64,000 nucleotides of DNA from Escherichia coli. Lineage in GTDB: Bacteria > Pseudomonadota > Gammaproteobacteria > Enterobacterales > Enterobacteriaceae. The stretch is from assembly GCF_030013205.1 (NCBI RefSeq), contig NZ_CP122648.1; one strand, given 5' to 3'. Numbering within the stretch: the stretch's first letter is position 1; the number at the start of each line of letters is the position of its first letter. The position numbers and the translations under genes are program-made. The notes under the pieces were generated by a model, which worked only from the letters and a program-made list of their open reading frames with translations, did not search any database and was not told the DNA's origin. This document shows positions 22,816-34,444 of the stretch, in pieces.

Positions 22816-25278
22816 TCAGACTCCTAACTTCCATGAGAGGGTACGTAGCAGATCGGCAAAAACACCAGCAGCTGTAACGTCATTGCCCGCACCATATCCG
22901 CGCAGCACCAACGGCAGCGGCTGATAATAGTGGCTATAGAAGGCCAGGGCGTTTTCACCATTTTTCACTTTGAACAGCGGATCATTACCATCCACTTCGG
23001 CAATCTTCACGCGGCAGACGCCATCTTCATCAATATTGCCAACATAGCGCAAAACTTTTCCTTCATCACGGGCCTTCGCCACGCGCGCGGCAAAGAGATC
23101 GTCGAGCTGTGACAGATTCGCCATAAAAGCGGCAACATCACCCTCGGCGTTAAACTCTGCGGGCAGCACAGGTTCAATTTCAATATCCGCCAGCTCCAGT
23201 TCACGTCCCGTTTCACGAGCGAGAATCAATAGTTTACGCGCCACATCCATACCAGAAAGATCATCTCGCGGGTCCGGTTCGGTATAACCCATTTCCCGCG
23301 CCAGCGTGGTCGCCTCGGAGAAACTCATGCCTTCGTCTAACTTGCCGAAGATATAAGAAAGCGAACCAGAAAGAATGCCGGAGAACTTCATCAATTCATC
23401 ACCTGCATTGAGCAGATTTTGCAGGTTCTCAATAACCGGTAATCCAGCCCCAACGTTGGTGTCATAGAGGAATTTACGCCGCGATTTTTCCGCCGCATGA
23501 CGCAACAGATGGTAGTAATCCATCGACGAGGTGTTAGCCTTTTTGTTCGGCGTAACAACGTGGAAACCTTCGCGCAGGAAGTCGGCATATTGATCCGCCA
23601 CTGCCTGGCTGGAGGTGCAGTCAACAATGACCGGGTTCAGCAGATGATATTCTTTCACGAGGCGAATTAAGCGCCCGAGATTAAACGGCTCTTTGGCTTG
23701 CGCCAGTTCTTCCTGCCAGTTTTCCAGATTAAGGCCATGTACATTGGTGAGCAGAGCCTTCGAGTTGGCAACACCACAGACACGTAAGTCGATATGTTTA
23801 TTCTTCAGCCAGCTTTGCTGACGCTTCAGTTGCTCCAGCAGCGCACCGCCAACGCCACCGACGCCAATCACAAACACTTCGATAACCTGATCGGTATTGA
23901 ACAGCATCTGATGAGTAACGCGCACGCCAGTGGTCGCATCATCGTTATTTACCACGACAGAGATTGAGCGTTCAGAAGATCCCTGAGCAATGGCGACAAT
24001 GTTGATATTGGCGCGGGCCAGCGCGGCAAAGAATTTCGCCGAGATCCCACGCAAGGTGCGCATACCATCACCTACCACCGAGATAATGGCCAGCCGTTCC
24101 GTCACTGCCAGCGGCTCCAGTAAGCCTTCTTTCAGTTCCAGGTAGAACTCTTCCTGCATTGCCCGTTCAGCTCGCACACAGTCGCTTTGTGGAACGCAGA
24201 AACTGATACTGTATTCGGAAGATGATTGCGTAATCAGCACCACGGAAATACGGGCGCGTGACATCGCTGCAAAGACGCGCGCCGCCATGCCAACCATTCC
24301 TTTCATCCCCGGGCCGGAAACGCTGAACATTGCCATGTTATTCAGATTGGAAATGCCCTTGACCGGTAATTCGTCTTCATCACGGCTGGCACCAATGAGC
24401 GTACCTGGTGCTTGAGGATTTCCGGTATTTTTAATCAGGCAAGGGATCTGGAACTGGGCGATGGGGGTAATGGTGCGGGGGTGAAGAACTTTAGCGCCGA
24501 AGTAGGAAAGCTCCATCGCTTCCTGGTAGGACATCGACTTCAACAACCTCGCATCGGGCACCTGACGCGGGTCGCAGGTATAGACCCCGTCAACGTCCGT
24601 CCAAATCTCGCAACAATCGGCGCGTAAACAGGCAGCCAGCACCGCAGCAGAGTAGTCGGAACCGTTACGTCCAAGCACCACCAGTTCGCCTTTTTCATTA
24701 CCGGCGGTGAAACCTGCCATCAACACCATGTGATCACCAGGAATGCGGCTTGCCGCAATACGGCGGGTGGACTCAGCAATATCGACGGTAGATTCGAGGT
24801 AATGCCCCACTGCCAGCAGTTTTTCGACCGGATCGATAACGGTAACGTTGTGACCACGCGCTTCTAAAACGCCGGCCATAATGGCGATCGACATTTTCTC
24901 GCCACGGCAAATCAGCGCAGCGTTGATGCTATCCGGGCACTGCCCCAACAAACTAATGCCATGCAGGACATGTTTTATTTGGGCAAATTCCTGATCGACG
25001 AAAGTTTTCAATTGCGCCAGCGGGAACCCCGGCTGGGCGGCGGCGAGTCCCGTCAAAAGTTCGGCAAAAATACGTTCGGCATCGCTGATATTGGGTAAAG
25101 CATCCTGGCCGCTAATGGTTTTTTCAATCATCGCCACCAGGTGGTTGGTGATTTTGGCGGGGGCAGAGAGGACGGTGGCCACCTGCCCCTGCCTGGCATT
25201 GCTTTCCAGAATATCGGCAACCCGCAGAAAACGTTCTGCATTTGCCACTGATGTACCGCCGAACTTCAACACTCGCAT
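22816..25278 (-). CDS. thrA: bifunctional aspartokinase I / homoserine dehydrogenase I
   Basis: [40 protein letters not shown]...; internal ATG at 25278 used. Confidence 0.97.
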
Positions 25279-25310
25279 GGTTGTTACCTCGTTACCTTTG
25301 GTCGAAAAAA

Positions 25311-25345
25311 AAGCCCGCACTGTCAGGTGCGGGCTTTTTTCTGTG
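25311..25345 (-). promoter_or_regulatory. thr attenuator terminator hairpin
   Basis: agcccgcacctgacagtgcgggct followed by a T-run on minus strand between thrL and thrA. Confidence 0.85.
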
Positions 25346-25358
25346 TTTCCTGTACGCG

Positions 25359-25427
<69 letters not shown>

Positions 25428-25637
25428 TGTTGTGTACTCTGTAATTTTTATCTGTCTGTGCGCTATGCCTATATTGGTTAAAGTATTTAGTGACCTAAGT
25501 CAATAAAATTTTAATTTACTCACGGCAGGTAACCAGTTCAGAAGCTGCTGTCAGAGACTCTTTTTTTAATCCACACAGAGACATATTGCCCGTTGCAGTC
25601 AGAATGAAAAGCTGAAAAATACTTACTAAGGCGTTTT

Positions 25638-26324
25638 TTATTTGGTGATATTTTTTTCAATATCATGCAGCAAACGGTGCAACATTGCCGTGTCTCGTTG
25701 CTCTAAAAGCCCCAGACGTTGTTGTAACCAGTCGACCAGTTTTGTGTCATCTGCCACTGCCAGAGTCGTCAGCAATGCCATGGCTCGTTCGCGTAAAGCT
25801 TGCAGTTGATGTTGGTCTGCCATTGTGTCACTTTTCGCCGGTTGTTGTATTAATGTTGCTAATTGATAGCAATAGACCATCACCGCCTGCCCCAGATTGA
25901 GCGAAGGATAATCCGCCACCATCGGCACACCAGTAAGAACGTCAGCCAACGCTAACTCTTCGTTAGTCAACCCGGAATCTTCGCGACCAAACACCAGCGC
26001 GGCATGGCTCATCCATGAAGATTTTTCCTCTAACAGCGGCACCAGTTCTACTGGCGTAGCGTAGTAATGATATTTCGCCCGACTGCGCGCAGTGGTGGCG
26101 ACAGTGAAATCGACATCGTGTAACGATTCAGCCAGTGTCGGGAAAACTTTAATATTATCAATAATATCACCAGATCCATGTGCGACCCAGCGGGTGGCTG
26201 GCTCCAGGTGTGCCTGACTATCGACAATCCGCAGCTCGCTAAACCCCATCGTTTTCATTGCCCGCGCCGCTGCCCCAATATTTTCTGCTCTGGCGGGTGC
26301 AACCAGAATAATCGTTATACGCAT
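25638..26324 (-). CDS. lasT: SpoU-type tRNA/rRNA methyltransferase LasT (YjtD)
   Basis: MRITIILVAPARAENIGAAARAMKTMGF...; internal ATG used. Confidence 0.85.
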   Translation of the reverse strand: MRITIILVAPARAENIGAAARAMKTMGFSELRIVDSQAHLEPATRWVAHGSGDIIDNIKVFPTLAESLHDVDFTVATTARSRAKYHYYATPVELVPLLEEKSSWMSHAALVFGREDSGLTNEELALADVLTGVPMVADYPSLNLGQAVMVYCYQLATLIQQPAKSDTMADQHQLQALRERAMALLTTLAVADDTKLVDWLQQRLGLLEQRDTAMLHRLLHDIEKNITK

Positions 26325-26723
26325 ATTGCCACTCTTCTTGATCAAATAACCGCGAACCGGGTGATCACTGTCAACTTATTACGCGGTGCGAATTTACAAA
26401 TTCTTAACGTAAGTCGCAGAAAAAGCCCTTTACTTAGCTTAAAAAAGGCTAAACTATTTCCTGACTGTACTAACGGTTGAATTGTTAAAAAATGCTACAT
26501 ATCCTTCTGTTTACTTAGGATAATTTTATAAAAAATAAATCTCGACAATTGGATTCACCACGTTTATTAGTTGTATGATGCAACTAGTTGGATTATTAAA
26601 ATAATGTGACGAAAGCTAGCATTTAGATACGATGATTTCATCAAACTGTTAACGTGCTACAATTGAACTTGATATATGTCAACGAAGCGTAGTTTTATTG
26701 GGTGTCCGGCCCCTCTTAGCCTG

Positions 26724-26864
26724 TTATGTTGCTGTTAAAATGGTTAGGATGACAGCCGTTTTTGACACTGTCGGGTCCTGAGGGAAAGTACCCACGACCA
26801 AGCTAATGATGTTGTTGACGTTGATGGAAAGTGCATCAAGAACGCAATTACGTACTTTAGTCAT
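26724..26864 (-). CDS. yjjY: small protein YjjY
   Basis: hand-translated 46-codon minus-strand ORF MTKVRNCVLDALSINVNNIISLVVGTFPQDPTVSKTAVILTILTAT, below the ORF-track size cut-off. Confidence 0.7.
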   Translation of the reverse strand: MTKVRNCVLDALSINVNNIISLVVGTFPQDPTVSKTAVILTILTAT

Positions 26865-26959
26865 GTTACGCCGATCATGTTAATTTGCAGCATGCATCAG
26901 GCAGGTCAGGGACTTTTGTACTTCCTGTTTCGATTTAGTTGGCAATTTAGGTAGCAAAC

Positions 26960-27676
26960 ATGCAGACCCCGCACATTCTTATCGTTGAAGACGAGTTGGT
27001 AACACGCAACACGTTGAAAAGTATTTTCGAAGCGGAAGGCTATGATGTTTTCGAAGCGACAGATGGCGCGGAAATGCATCAGATCCTCTCTGAATATGAC
27101 ATCAACCTGGTGATCATGGATATCAATCTGCCGGGTAAGAACGGTCTTCTGTTAGCGCGTGAACTGCGCGAGCAGGCGAATGTTGCGTTGATGTTCCTGA
27201 CTGGCCGTGACAACGAAGTCGATAAAATTCTCGGCCTCGAAATCGGTGCAGATGACTACATCACCAAACCGTTCAACCCGCGTGAACTGACTATTCGTGC
27301 ACGCAACCTGCTGTCCCGTACCATGAATCTGGGTACTGTCAGCGAAGAACGTCGTAGCGTTGAAAGCTACAAGTTCAATGGTTGGGAACTGGACATCAAC
27401 AGCCGTTCGTTGATCGGCCCTGATGGCGAGCAGTACAAGCTGCCGCGCAGCGAGTTCCGCGCCATGCTTCACTTCTGTGAAAACCCAGGCAAAATTCAGT
27501 CCCGTGCTGAACTGCTGAAGAAAATGACCGGCCGTGAGCTGAAACCGCACGACCGTACTGTAGACGTGACGATCCGCCGTATTCGTAAACATTTCGAATC
27601 TACGCCGGATACGCCGGAAATCATCGCCACCATTCACGGTGAAGGTTATCGCTTCTGCGGTGATCTGGAAGATTAA
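26960..27676 (+). CDS. arcA: aerobic respiration control response regulator ArcA
   Basis: 238 aa [41 protein letters not shown]... Confidence 0.97.
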
Positions 27677-27693
27677 TCGGCTTTACCACCGTC

Positions 27694-27728
27694 AAAAAAA
27701 CGGCGCTTTTTAGCGCCGTTTTTATTTT
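27694..27728. terminator. bidirectional terminator between arcA and creD
   Basis: A-run, hairpin cggcgct...agcgccg, T-run between convergent gene ends. Confidence 0.7.
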
Positions 27729-27734
27729 TCAACC

Positions 27735-29087
27735 TTATTTCCAGATACGTAATTCATCGTCCGTTGTAACTTCTTTACTGGCTTTCATTTTCGGCAGTGA
27801 AAACGCATACCAGTCGATATTACGGGTCACAAACATCATGCCGGCCAGCGCCACCACCAGCACACTGGTTCCCAACAACAGCGCGCTATCGGCAGAGTTG
27901 AGCAGTCCCCACATCACACCATCCAGTAACAACAGCGCGAGGGTAAACAACATGCTGTTGCACCAACCTTTCAATACCGCCTGCAAATAAATACCGTTCA
28001 TTATCGCCCCAATCAGACTGGCGATTATCCATGCCACGGTAAAACCGGTATGTTCAGAAAGCGCCAGCAAGAGCAAATAAAACATCACCAATGAAAGCCC
28101 CACCAGCAAATATTGCATTGGGTGTAAACGTTGCGCGGTGAGCGTTTCAAAAACAAAGAACGCTATAAAAGTCAGTGCAATCAGCAGAATGGCGTACTTA
28201 GTCGCCCGGTCAGTTAATTGGTATTGATCGGCTGGCGTCGTTACTGCGACGCTAAACGCCGGGAAGTTTTCCCAGCCGGTATCATTGCCTGAAGCAAAAC
28301 GCTCACCGAGATTATTAGCAAACCAGCTGCTTTGCCAGTGCGCCTGAAAACCTGACTCGCTAACTTCCCGTTTGGCTGGTAGAAAATCACCTAAAAAACT
28401 GGGATGCGGCCAGTTGCTGGTTAAGGTCATTTCGCTATTACGCCCGCCAGGCACCACAGAAAGATCGCCGGTACCGCTTAAATTCAGGGCCATATTCAGC
28501 TTCAGGTTCTGCTTCCGCCAGTCCCCTTCAGGTAAAGGGATATGCACGCCCTGCCCGCCTTGCTCTAACCCGGTGCCGGGTTCAATGGTCAGCGCCGTTC
28601 CGTTAACTTCAGCCGCTTTCACCACACCAATACCACGCGCATCCCCGACGCTAATCACAATAAATGGCTTGCCTAAGGTGATATTTGGCGCGTTGAGTTC
28701 GCTAAGACGCGAAACATCGAAATCGGCTTTTAGCGTTAAATCACTGTGCCAGACCTGACCGGTATAAATCCCTATCTTGCGTTCTTCCACGTTCTGATTG
28801 CCATCAACCATCAATGACTCAGGTAACCAAAAATGGATAAAACTTCGTTTCCGCTCCACGGTTTTATCCTCTTCCTGCACCGTATAAAGCTCGGTCACAG
28901 GAATAGCGATGAGCGGCCCAACGAGTTTTTGCGGCCCGCTGGTACTTTGGCGAATCGCATCTTCCACATCGCTACGGTAATCAGCACGTTCGACAATCAC
29001 CTGCCGAATCAGCATTATCGGAATCAACAACAGCAATACTGCACCAAACAGGGTGGTCATTTTCCAGAACAGGGGGGATTTCAACAT
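27735..29087 (-). CDS. creD: inner membrane protein CreD
   Basis: 450 aa, position after creC. Confidence 0.9.
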   Translation of the reverse strand: MLKSPLFWKMTTLFGAVLLLLIPIMLIRQVIVERADYRSDVEDAIRQSTSGPQKLVGPLIAIPVTELYTVQEEDKTVERKRSFIHFWLPESLMVDGNQNVEERKIGIYTGQVWHSDLTLKADFDVSRLSELNAPNITLGKPFIVISVGDARGIGVVKAAEVNGTALTIEPGTGLEQGGQGVHIPLPEGDWRKQNLKLNMALNLSGTGDLSVVPGGRNSEMTLTSNWPHPSFLGDFLPAKREVSESGFQAHWQSSWFANNLGERFASGNDTGWENFPAFSVAVTTPADQYQLTDRATKYAILLIALTFIAFFVFETLTAQRLHPMQYLLVGLSLVMFYLLLLALSEHTGFTVAWIIASLIGAIMNGIYLQAVLKGWCNSMLFTLALLLLDGVMWGLLNSADSALLLGTSVLVVALAGMMFVTRNIDWYAFSLPKMKASKEVTTDDELRIWK

Positions 29088-29144
29088 AGTCTTCTCCTTT
29101 GCAATGGCAGCAGGATACGAAGGCTATGTGGGAAGAATTTGAAG

Positions 29145-30569
29145 CTATGTGAAGTGACGGTGAAGTCGAAGCGAAGCCAGCACGCCACCTTCCTGCACGT
29201 TGCGCAGCGTGACTTCGCCGTTAAACAAACGGGCGACCTCACTGACGAACGCCAACCCCAGACCGCTGCTTTTTTGCCCATTTGCACGAGGCAAAGAGTA
29301 AAAGCGTTCAAAAATACGTGAAAGCGCGTAGTCAGGAATACCACTACCGGTATCCAGCACCTTAAGCGTGACGTGTTCCTGCTCCACTTCGGCGCTTAGC
29401 GTGATGCAACCGCTCTCGGGGGTAAAATCGATGGCGTTATCCAGTAAATTCCCCAGAGCCTGCTCCAGTAACGCCGGTTCAGCAGCAACGTTCACCTCGG
29501 TGGGCGTAACATGTAGAGTGATGTTTTTTTCTGCCAACTGCACGGTGCGCGCTTCGCTGACGCGGCGGAATAATGCCGCCACATCAACAGCAGTTAGAAC
29601 GACTTCCTGACGATTCTCCAGTCTTGCCTGGCGTAGTAACGTTTCTACCAATGCCTGCATACGCGCATTTTGCGTCAGAATGTTGTCAGTAAAACGAGCC
29701 ACCACTTCCGGCGGCGGACCTTCGCGTAAAATTTCCGCCGCTCCACGAATCGCCGCCAGTGGGCTTTTTAGCTCATGAGTTAATGCGTAAACATACTGCT
29801 CAATATAGTTTTTCCCTTCCAGCTTCACGCGCATACTTTCCAGCGCCTGCGCGAGTTTACGCAGCTCGCTACTACCGAGATCGGGAAGAGGAACGGGCTT
29901 ATTGTCAGTGACGGAATCAGCATAGCGAGTGAGCCGGGCAATGGAGCGGTTGATCCACCAAACCATGCCTGCGCCAATCACCAGTGCAATCCCCAACAAA
30001 ATGGCGCTGGCCCATAAAATTCGCCGCTCGCTGCGCTTAATGACCGGAGCCATCGCCGCGTTCGGTTTGCCTACGCTCAAAACGCCAATAAGCCGCGAGC
30101 CGTCCATAATCGGCGCGGCAACATACATCACAGAACTTTCGGGATCGGCAGGATTTTGCAACGTGCTGCGCGCACCATACTGACCACGCAACGTTAGCCA
30201 GACGTCATTCCAGCGCGAATAATCCTGTCCAACGGCTTTATTTGCCGAATCGAACAATACTTTGCCCTGCGCATCGGTCATATAGACATGATATTCATTG
30301 CGCACTTTGTTAATGCCACCGATATTGGCGCGAAACGGGCGATGCTGTAGCTGATTAAACGCCTGCGCCAGTTGCCCATGCGTTGGGTCCCCAGAGAGCA
30401 AATCGGGACGCGCCAGCTCCGCCAGCAACGTTGCGGTGTCGATCAACGTCCCCTCCGTTGCTCTTCGCACGCCCGGTTTAACTTCTTTGACAAAAATAGC
30501 CAGTACGAACCAGGCCGCCACCGCCACCAGTAAAAAATAGCCCAGCAGCAACCGCATGCCGATACGCAT
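29145..30569 (-). CDS. creC: sensor histidine kinase CreC
   Basis: 474 aa with TM segments and histidine-kinase region (HELKSPL). Confidence 0.93.
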   Translation of the reverse strand: MRIGMRLLLGYFLLVAVAAWFVLAIFVKEVKPGVRRATEGTLIDTATLLAELARPDLLSGDPTHGQLAQAFNQLQHRPFRANIGGINKVRNEYHVYMTDAQGKVLFDSANKAVGQDYSRWNDVWLTLRGQYGARSTLQNPADPESSVMYVAAPIMDGSRLIGVLSVGKPNAAMAPVIKRSERRILWASAILLGIALVIGAGMVWWINRSIARLTRYADSVTDNKPVPLPDLGSSELRKLAQALESMRVKLEGKNYIEQYVYALTHELKSPLAAIRGAAEILREGPPPEVVARFTDNILTQNARMQALVETLLRQARLENRQEVVLTAVDVAALFRRVSEARTVQLAEKNITLHVTPTEVNVAAEPALLEQALGNLLDNAIDFTPESGCITLSAEVEQEHVTLKVLDTGSGIPDYALSRIFERFYSLPRANGQKSSGLGLAFVSEVARLFNGEVTLRNVQEGGVLASLRLHRHFT

Positions 30570-31258
30570 TACAGGCCCCTCAGGCTATATCCCATGCCGC
30601 GATGAGTATTAATCGGTGAAAGATCGGGGTTGATGGCGCGCAGCTTGGCACGCAGCGTTTTAATGTGGGTATCGACGGTGCGATCGTAGGTGTCCTGCGC
30701 ATCTTCCCACACGCTATCCATCAGTTGCTGGCGGGACCAGACGCGGCCCGGTGACTTGAGTAACGTCTTCAGCAATAAAAACTCATACCGCGTCAGCGCT
30801 AATGGCGTGTCAAACCAGCAGATCTGCGCCGCGGGTTCATTCAATTCAAAATGTCCAATACGGATGACGGGAGACGGCGTCGAGAACTTCTTCACCCGAC
30901 GCAGTAAGGTGCGCACCCTGGCGCACACTTCGCGGGGTGAAAACGGTTTAGCCACGTAGTCGTCAGCGCCAATTTCCAGCCCAAGCAGGCGATCGACCTC
31001 TTCACTTCGGGCCGTCAGGAACAGTACAGGTAACGCCGGATGGAGCGCCAGTAACTGGCGGCACAATTCAAAGCCACTGATATCAGGCAAACCAACGTCG
31101 AGAATCATGACGTCGGGTACATGCTGGCGAACTTTATCCAGCACCGGCAAGCCTCGCTCAAAGACCTCGACGGCAAAACCTTCCTGCTGCAACATGTAGA
31201 CCAGAGTGTCGGCTATCCCTTGCTCATCTTCCACTAACCAGACCGTTTCCCGTTGCAT
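30569..31258 (-). CDS. creB: response regulator CreB
   Basis: 229 aa OmpR-family receiver plus winged helix; start/stop overlap with creC. Confidence 0.93.
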   Translation of the reverse strand: MQRETVWLVEDEQGIADTLVYMLQQEGFAVEVFERGLPVLDKVRQHVPDVMILDVGLPDISGFELCRQLLALHPALPVLFLTARSEEVDRLLGLEIGADDYVAKPFSPREVCARVRTLLRRVKKFSTPSPVIRIGHFELNEPAAQICWFDTPLALTRYEFLLLKTLLKSPGRVWSRQQLMDSVWEDAQDTYDRTVDTHIKTLRAKLRAINPDLSPINTHRGMGYSLRGL

Positions 31259-31270
31259 AAATCGCCTCTG

Positions 31271-31744
31271 TTATTGCCGCCACGGCATGACAGGAACCGC
31301 GCTAATCGCGTTTTTCGGCGAACCTTCTACAACTTTGTCGGAGTAAGCCAGATAAGCGAGCGCGTTGCGTTTGGCGTCATAAAAGCGCACGACCTGTAAC
31401 GACTTAAAGACCAGGGACGTGCGTTTTTTGAATACTACCTCGCCCTGAGCTTTGCCGTTTTTAATACGATCCGACAGTTCAATCGGCCCGACTTGCTGAC
31501 AAGAAATGGCCGCATCGGAGGTATCTTCTGCCAGGCCCAATCCCCCTTTAATACCACCGGTTTTCGCCCGGCTCACATAACAGGTGACATTTTTCACATC
31601 GGGATCGTCAAAAGCTTCCACAACAATTTTGTGATCCGGGCCGATCATTTTAAATACGGTGTCGACCGAACCAATCTCTTCTGCATGAGCCAATGGCCCC
31701 AGCATTATCAGGCTTAAAGACAGGATCAAATGCTTGTATTTCAT
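31271..31744 (-). CDS. creA: CreA protein (DUF1131)
   Basis: 157 aa with signal peptide, first gene of cre operon. Confidence 0.88.
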
Positions 31745-31954
31745 ATTGTTACCATTTTTATCTATTACACGAGCAATTAGTTCGTCACGGTAAATAACAT
31801 ATTGATTAAGAACAAAATCTCAATACTTTTATTTCCGTCAAGTCCTAAAACATACTCTACTAAGAAAAAAACACTGAATGCTAAAACAGCAAAAAATGCT
31901 ATTATCCAATTACCTGATGTCAGGTGCTCGTTGTTGAAAGGATGAGGATATTTT

Positions 31955-32824
31955 ATGGATCAGGCCGGCATTATTCGCGACCTTTTAATCTGGCTGGAAG
32001 GTCATCTGGATCAGCCCCTGTCGCTCGACAATGTAGCGGCGAAAGCAGGTTATTCCAAGTGGCACTTACAGAGAATGTTTAAAGATGTCACTGGCCATGC
32101 TATTGGCGCGTATATTCGTGCTCGTCGTTTGTCGAAATCGGCGGTCGCACTACGCCTGACTGCGCGTCCGATTCTGGACATCGCGCTGCAATACCGCTTC
32201 GACTCTCAACAGACATTTACCCGCGCATTCAAGAAGCAGTTTGCCCAGACTCCTGCACTTTACCGCCGTTCTCCTGAATGGAGCGCCTTTGGTATTCGCC
32301 CGCCGCTACGTCTGGGTGAATTCACTATGCCAGAGCACAAATTTGTCACCCTGGAAGATACGCCGCTGATTGGTGTTACCCAGAGCTACTCCTGTTCGCT
32401 GGAGCAAATCTCTGATTTCCGCCATGAAATGCGTTATCAGTTCTGGCACGATTTTCTCGGCAACGCGCCGACCATTCCGCCGGTGCTCTACGGCCTGAAT
32501 GAAACGCGTCCGAGTCAGGATAAAGACGACGAACAAGAGGTATTCTATACCACCGCGTTAGCCCAGGATCAGGCAGATGGCTATGTACTGACGGGGCATC
32601 CGGTGATGCTGCAGGGCGGCGAATATGTGATGTTTACCTATGAAGGTCTGGGAACCGGCGTGCAGGAGTTTATCCTGACGGTATATGGAACATGCATGCC
32701 AATGCTCAACCTGACGCGCCGTAAAGGTCAGGATATTGAGCGATACTACCCGGCAGAAGATGCCAAAGCAGGAGATCGCCCAATTAATCTGCGCTGTGAA
32801 CTGCTGATTCCGATCCGTCGTTAA
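31955..32824 (+). CDS. rob: AraC-family right origin-binding protein Rob
   Basis: 289 aa MDQAGIIRDLLIWLEGHLDQPLSLDNVAAKAGYSKWHLQRMF... Confidence 0.95.
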   Translation: MDQAGIIRDLLIWLEGHLDQPLSLDNVAAKAGYSKWHLQRMFKDVTGHAIGAYIRARRLSKSAVALRLTARPILDIALQYRFDSQQTFTRAFKKQFAQTPALYRRSPEWSAFGIRPPLRLGEFTMPEHKFVTLEDTPLIGVTQSYSCSLEQISDFRHEMRYQFWHDFLGNAPTIPPVLYGLNETRPSQDKDDEQEVFYTTALAQDQADGYVLTGHPVMLQGGEYVMFTYEGLGTGVQEFILTVYGTCMPMLNLTRRKGQDIERYYPAEDAKAGDRPINLRCELLIPIRR

Positions 32825-33468
32825 CGCTGCAACTCATCTAATGCAGGGGCGTCCAGATGCGAGATGTCCCCTGCGGTTTCAACGACCCAGCCAGACGCCA
32901 GCCACAGGCTTTCCTGATAATCCACGCGCGAAATAGAACAGTTACGCAGACGTAAGCGGCGCTCTGCCCATGCTGGTAATCCGAGAATCGTACTCACCAG
33001 GCATCCCAGTGCAATACCATGACTCACCAGCAGCGGTCGGCTTCCCTGCGGTAAGTCCCGGCAAGATTCCAGTGCCGCATTGACGCGATCGCTGAGCTCC
33101 TGCATTGACTCGCCTTCAGGAATACGCCCGTCAACGGTGCCATTGACCAGCTGCCGACGCCAGTTCTCTTCTTCTTCGGTCAGAGAATCGATATGTCTTT
33201 TTTCCAGCACACCCATGTTTAATTCACGCAGGCGAGAATCAAAGATGATGTCACAGCCGCAGGCCTGGGCGATGATTTCCGCCGTACGCCGGGTGCGTCC
33301 TAAATCGCTACTGATGATATGCGTAATGCCAAGCTCTTTGGCACGGGTTGCCACCTGCATCGCCTGTTGCTCACCTTTGGCGGTCAGCGGGCTGTCAGAC
33401 TGGCCCTGAATACGTCGCTCGGCGTTCCACTGCGTTTCACCGTGGCGGACTAGGTATACCTGTAACAT
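32821..33468 (-). CDS. gpmB: phosphoglycerate mutase family protein GpmB
   Basis: 215 aa MLQVYLVRHGETQWNAERRIQGQSDSPL... RHG catalytic motif. Confidence 0.93.
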   Translation of the reverse strand: MLQVYLVRHGETQWNAERRIQGQSDSPLTAKGEQQAMQVATRAKELGITHIISSDLGRTRRTAEIIAQACGCDIIFDSRLRELNMGVLEKRHIDSLTEEEENWRRQLVNGTVDGRIPEGESMQELSDRVNAALESCRDLPQGSRPLLVSHGIALGCLVSTILGLPAWAERRLRLRNCSISRVDYQESLWLASGWVVETAGDISHLDAPALDELQR

Positions 33469-33507
33469 GCTTTTTTTCCGTATACTGCTGTAACGTTAAT
33501 TTTCTGA

Positions 33508-34370
<863 letters not shown>

Positions 34371-34444
34371 TTAGCGGGGGAAGCAAAATGCCTCCCCCGG
34401 TTGTACTCGCTAAAGAGTACGATAGCATATCATAAACGTGCGGA

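Noticed and set aside
7459-25320. N-terminal extensions in ORF-track calls for nhaR, dnaJ, mog, talB, thrA and others
   Set aside because: The extensions begin at the first in-frame start after an upstream stop; the conserved protein N-termini begin at internal ATG or GTG codons, which I used instead.
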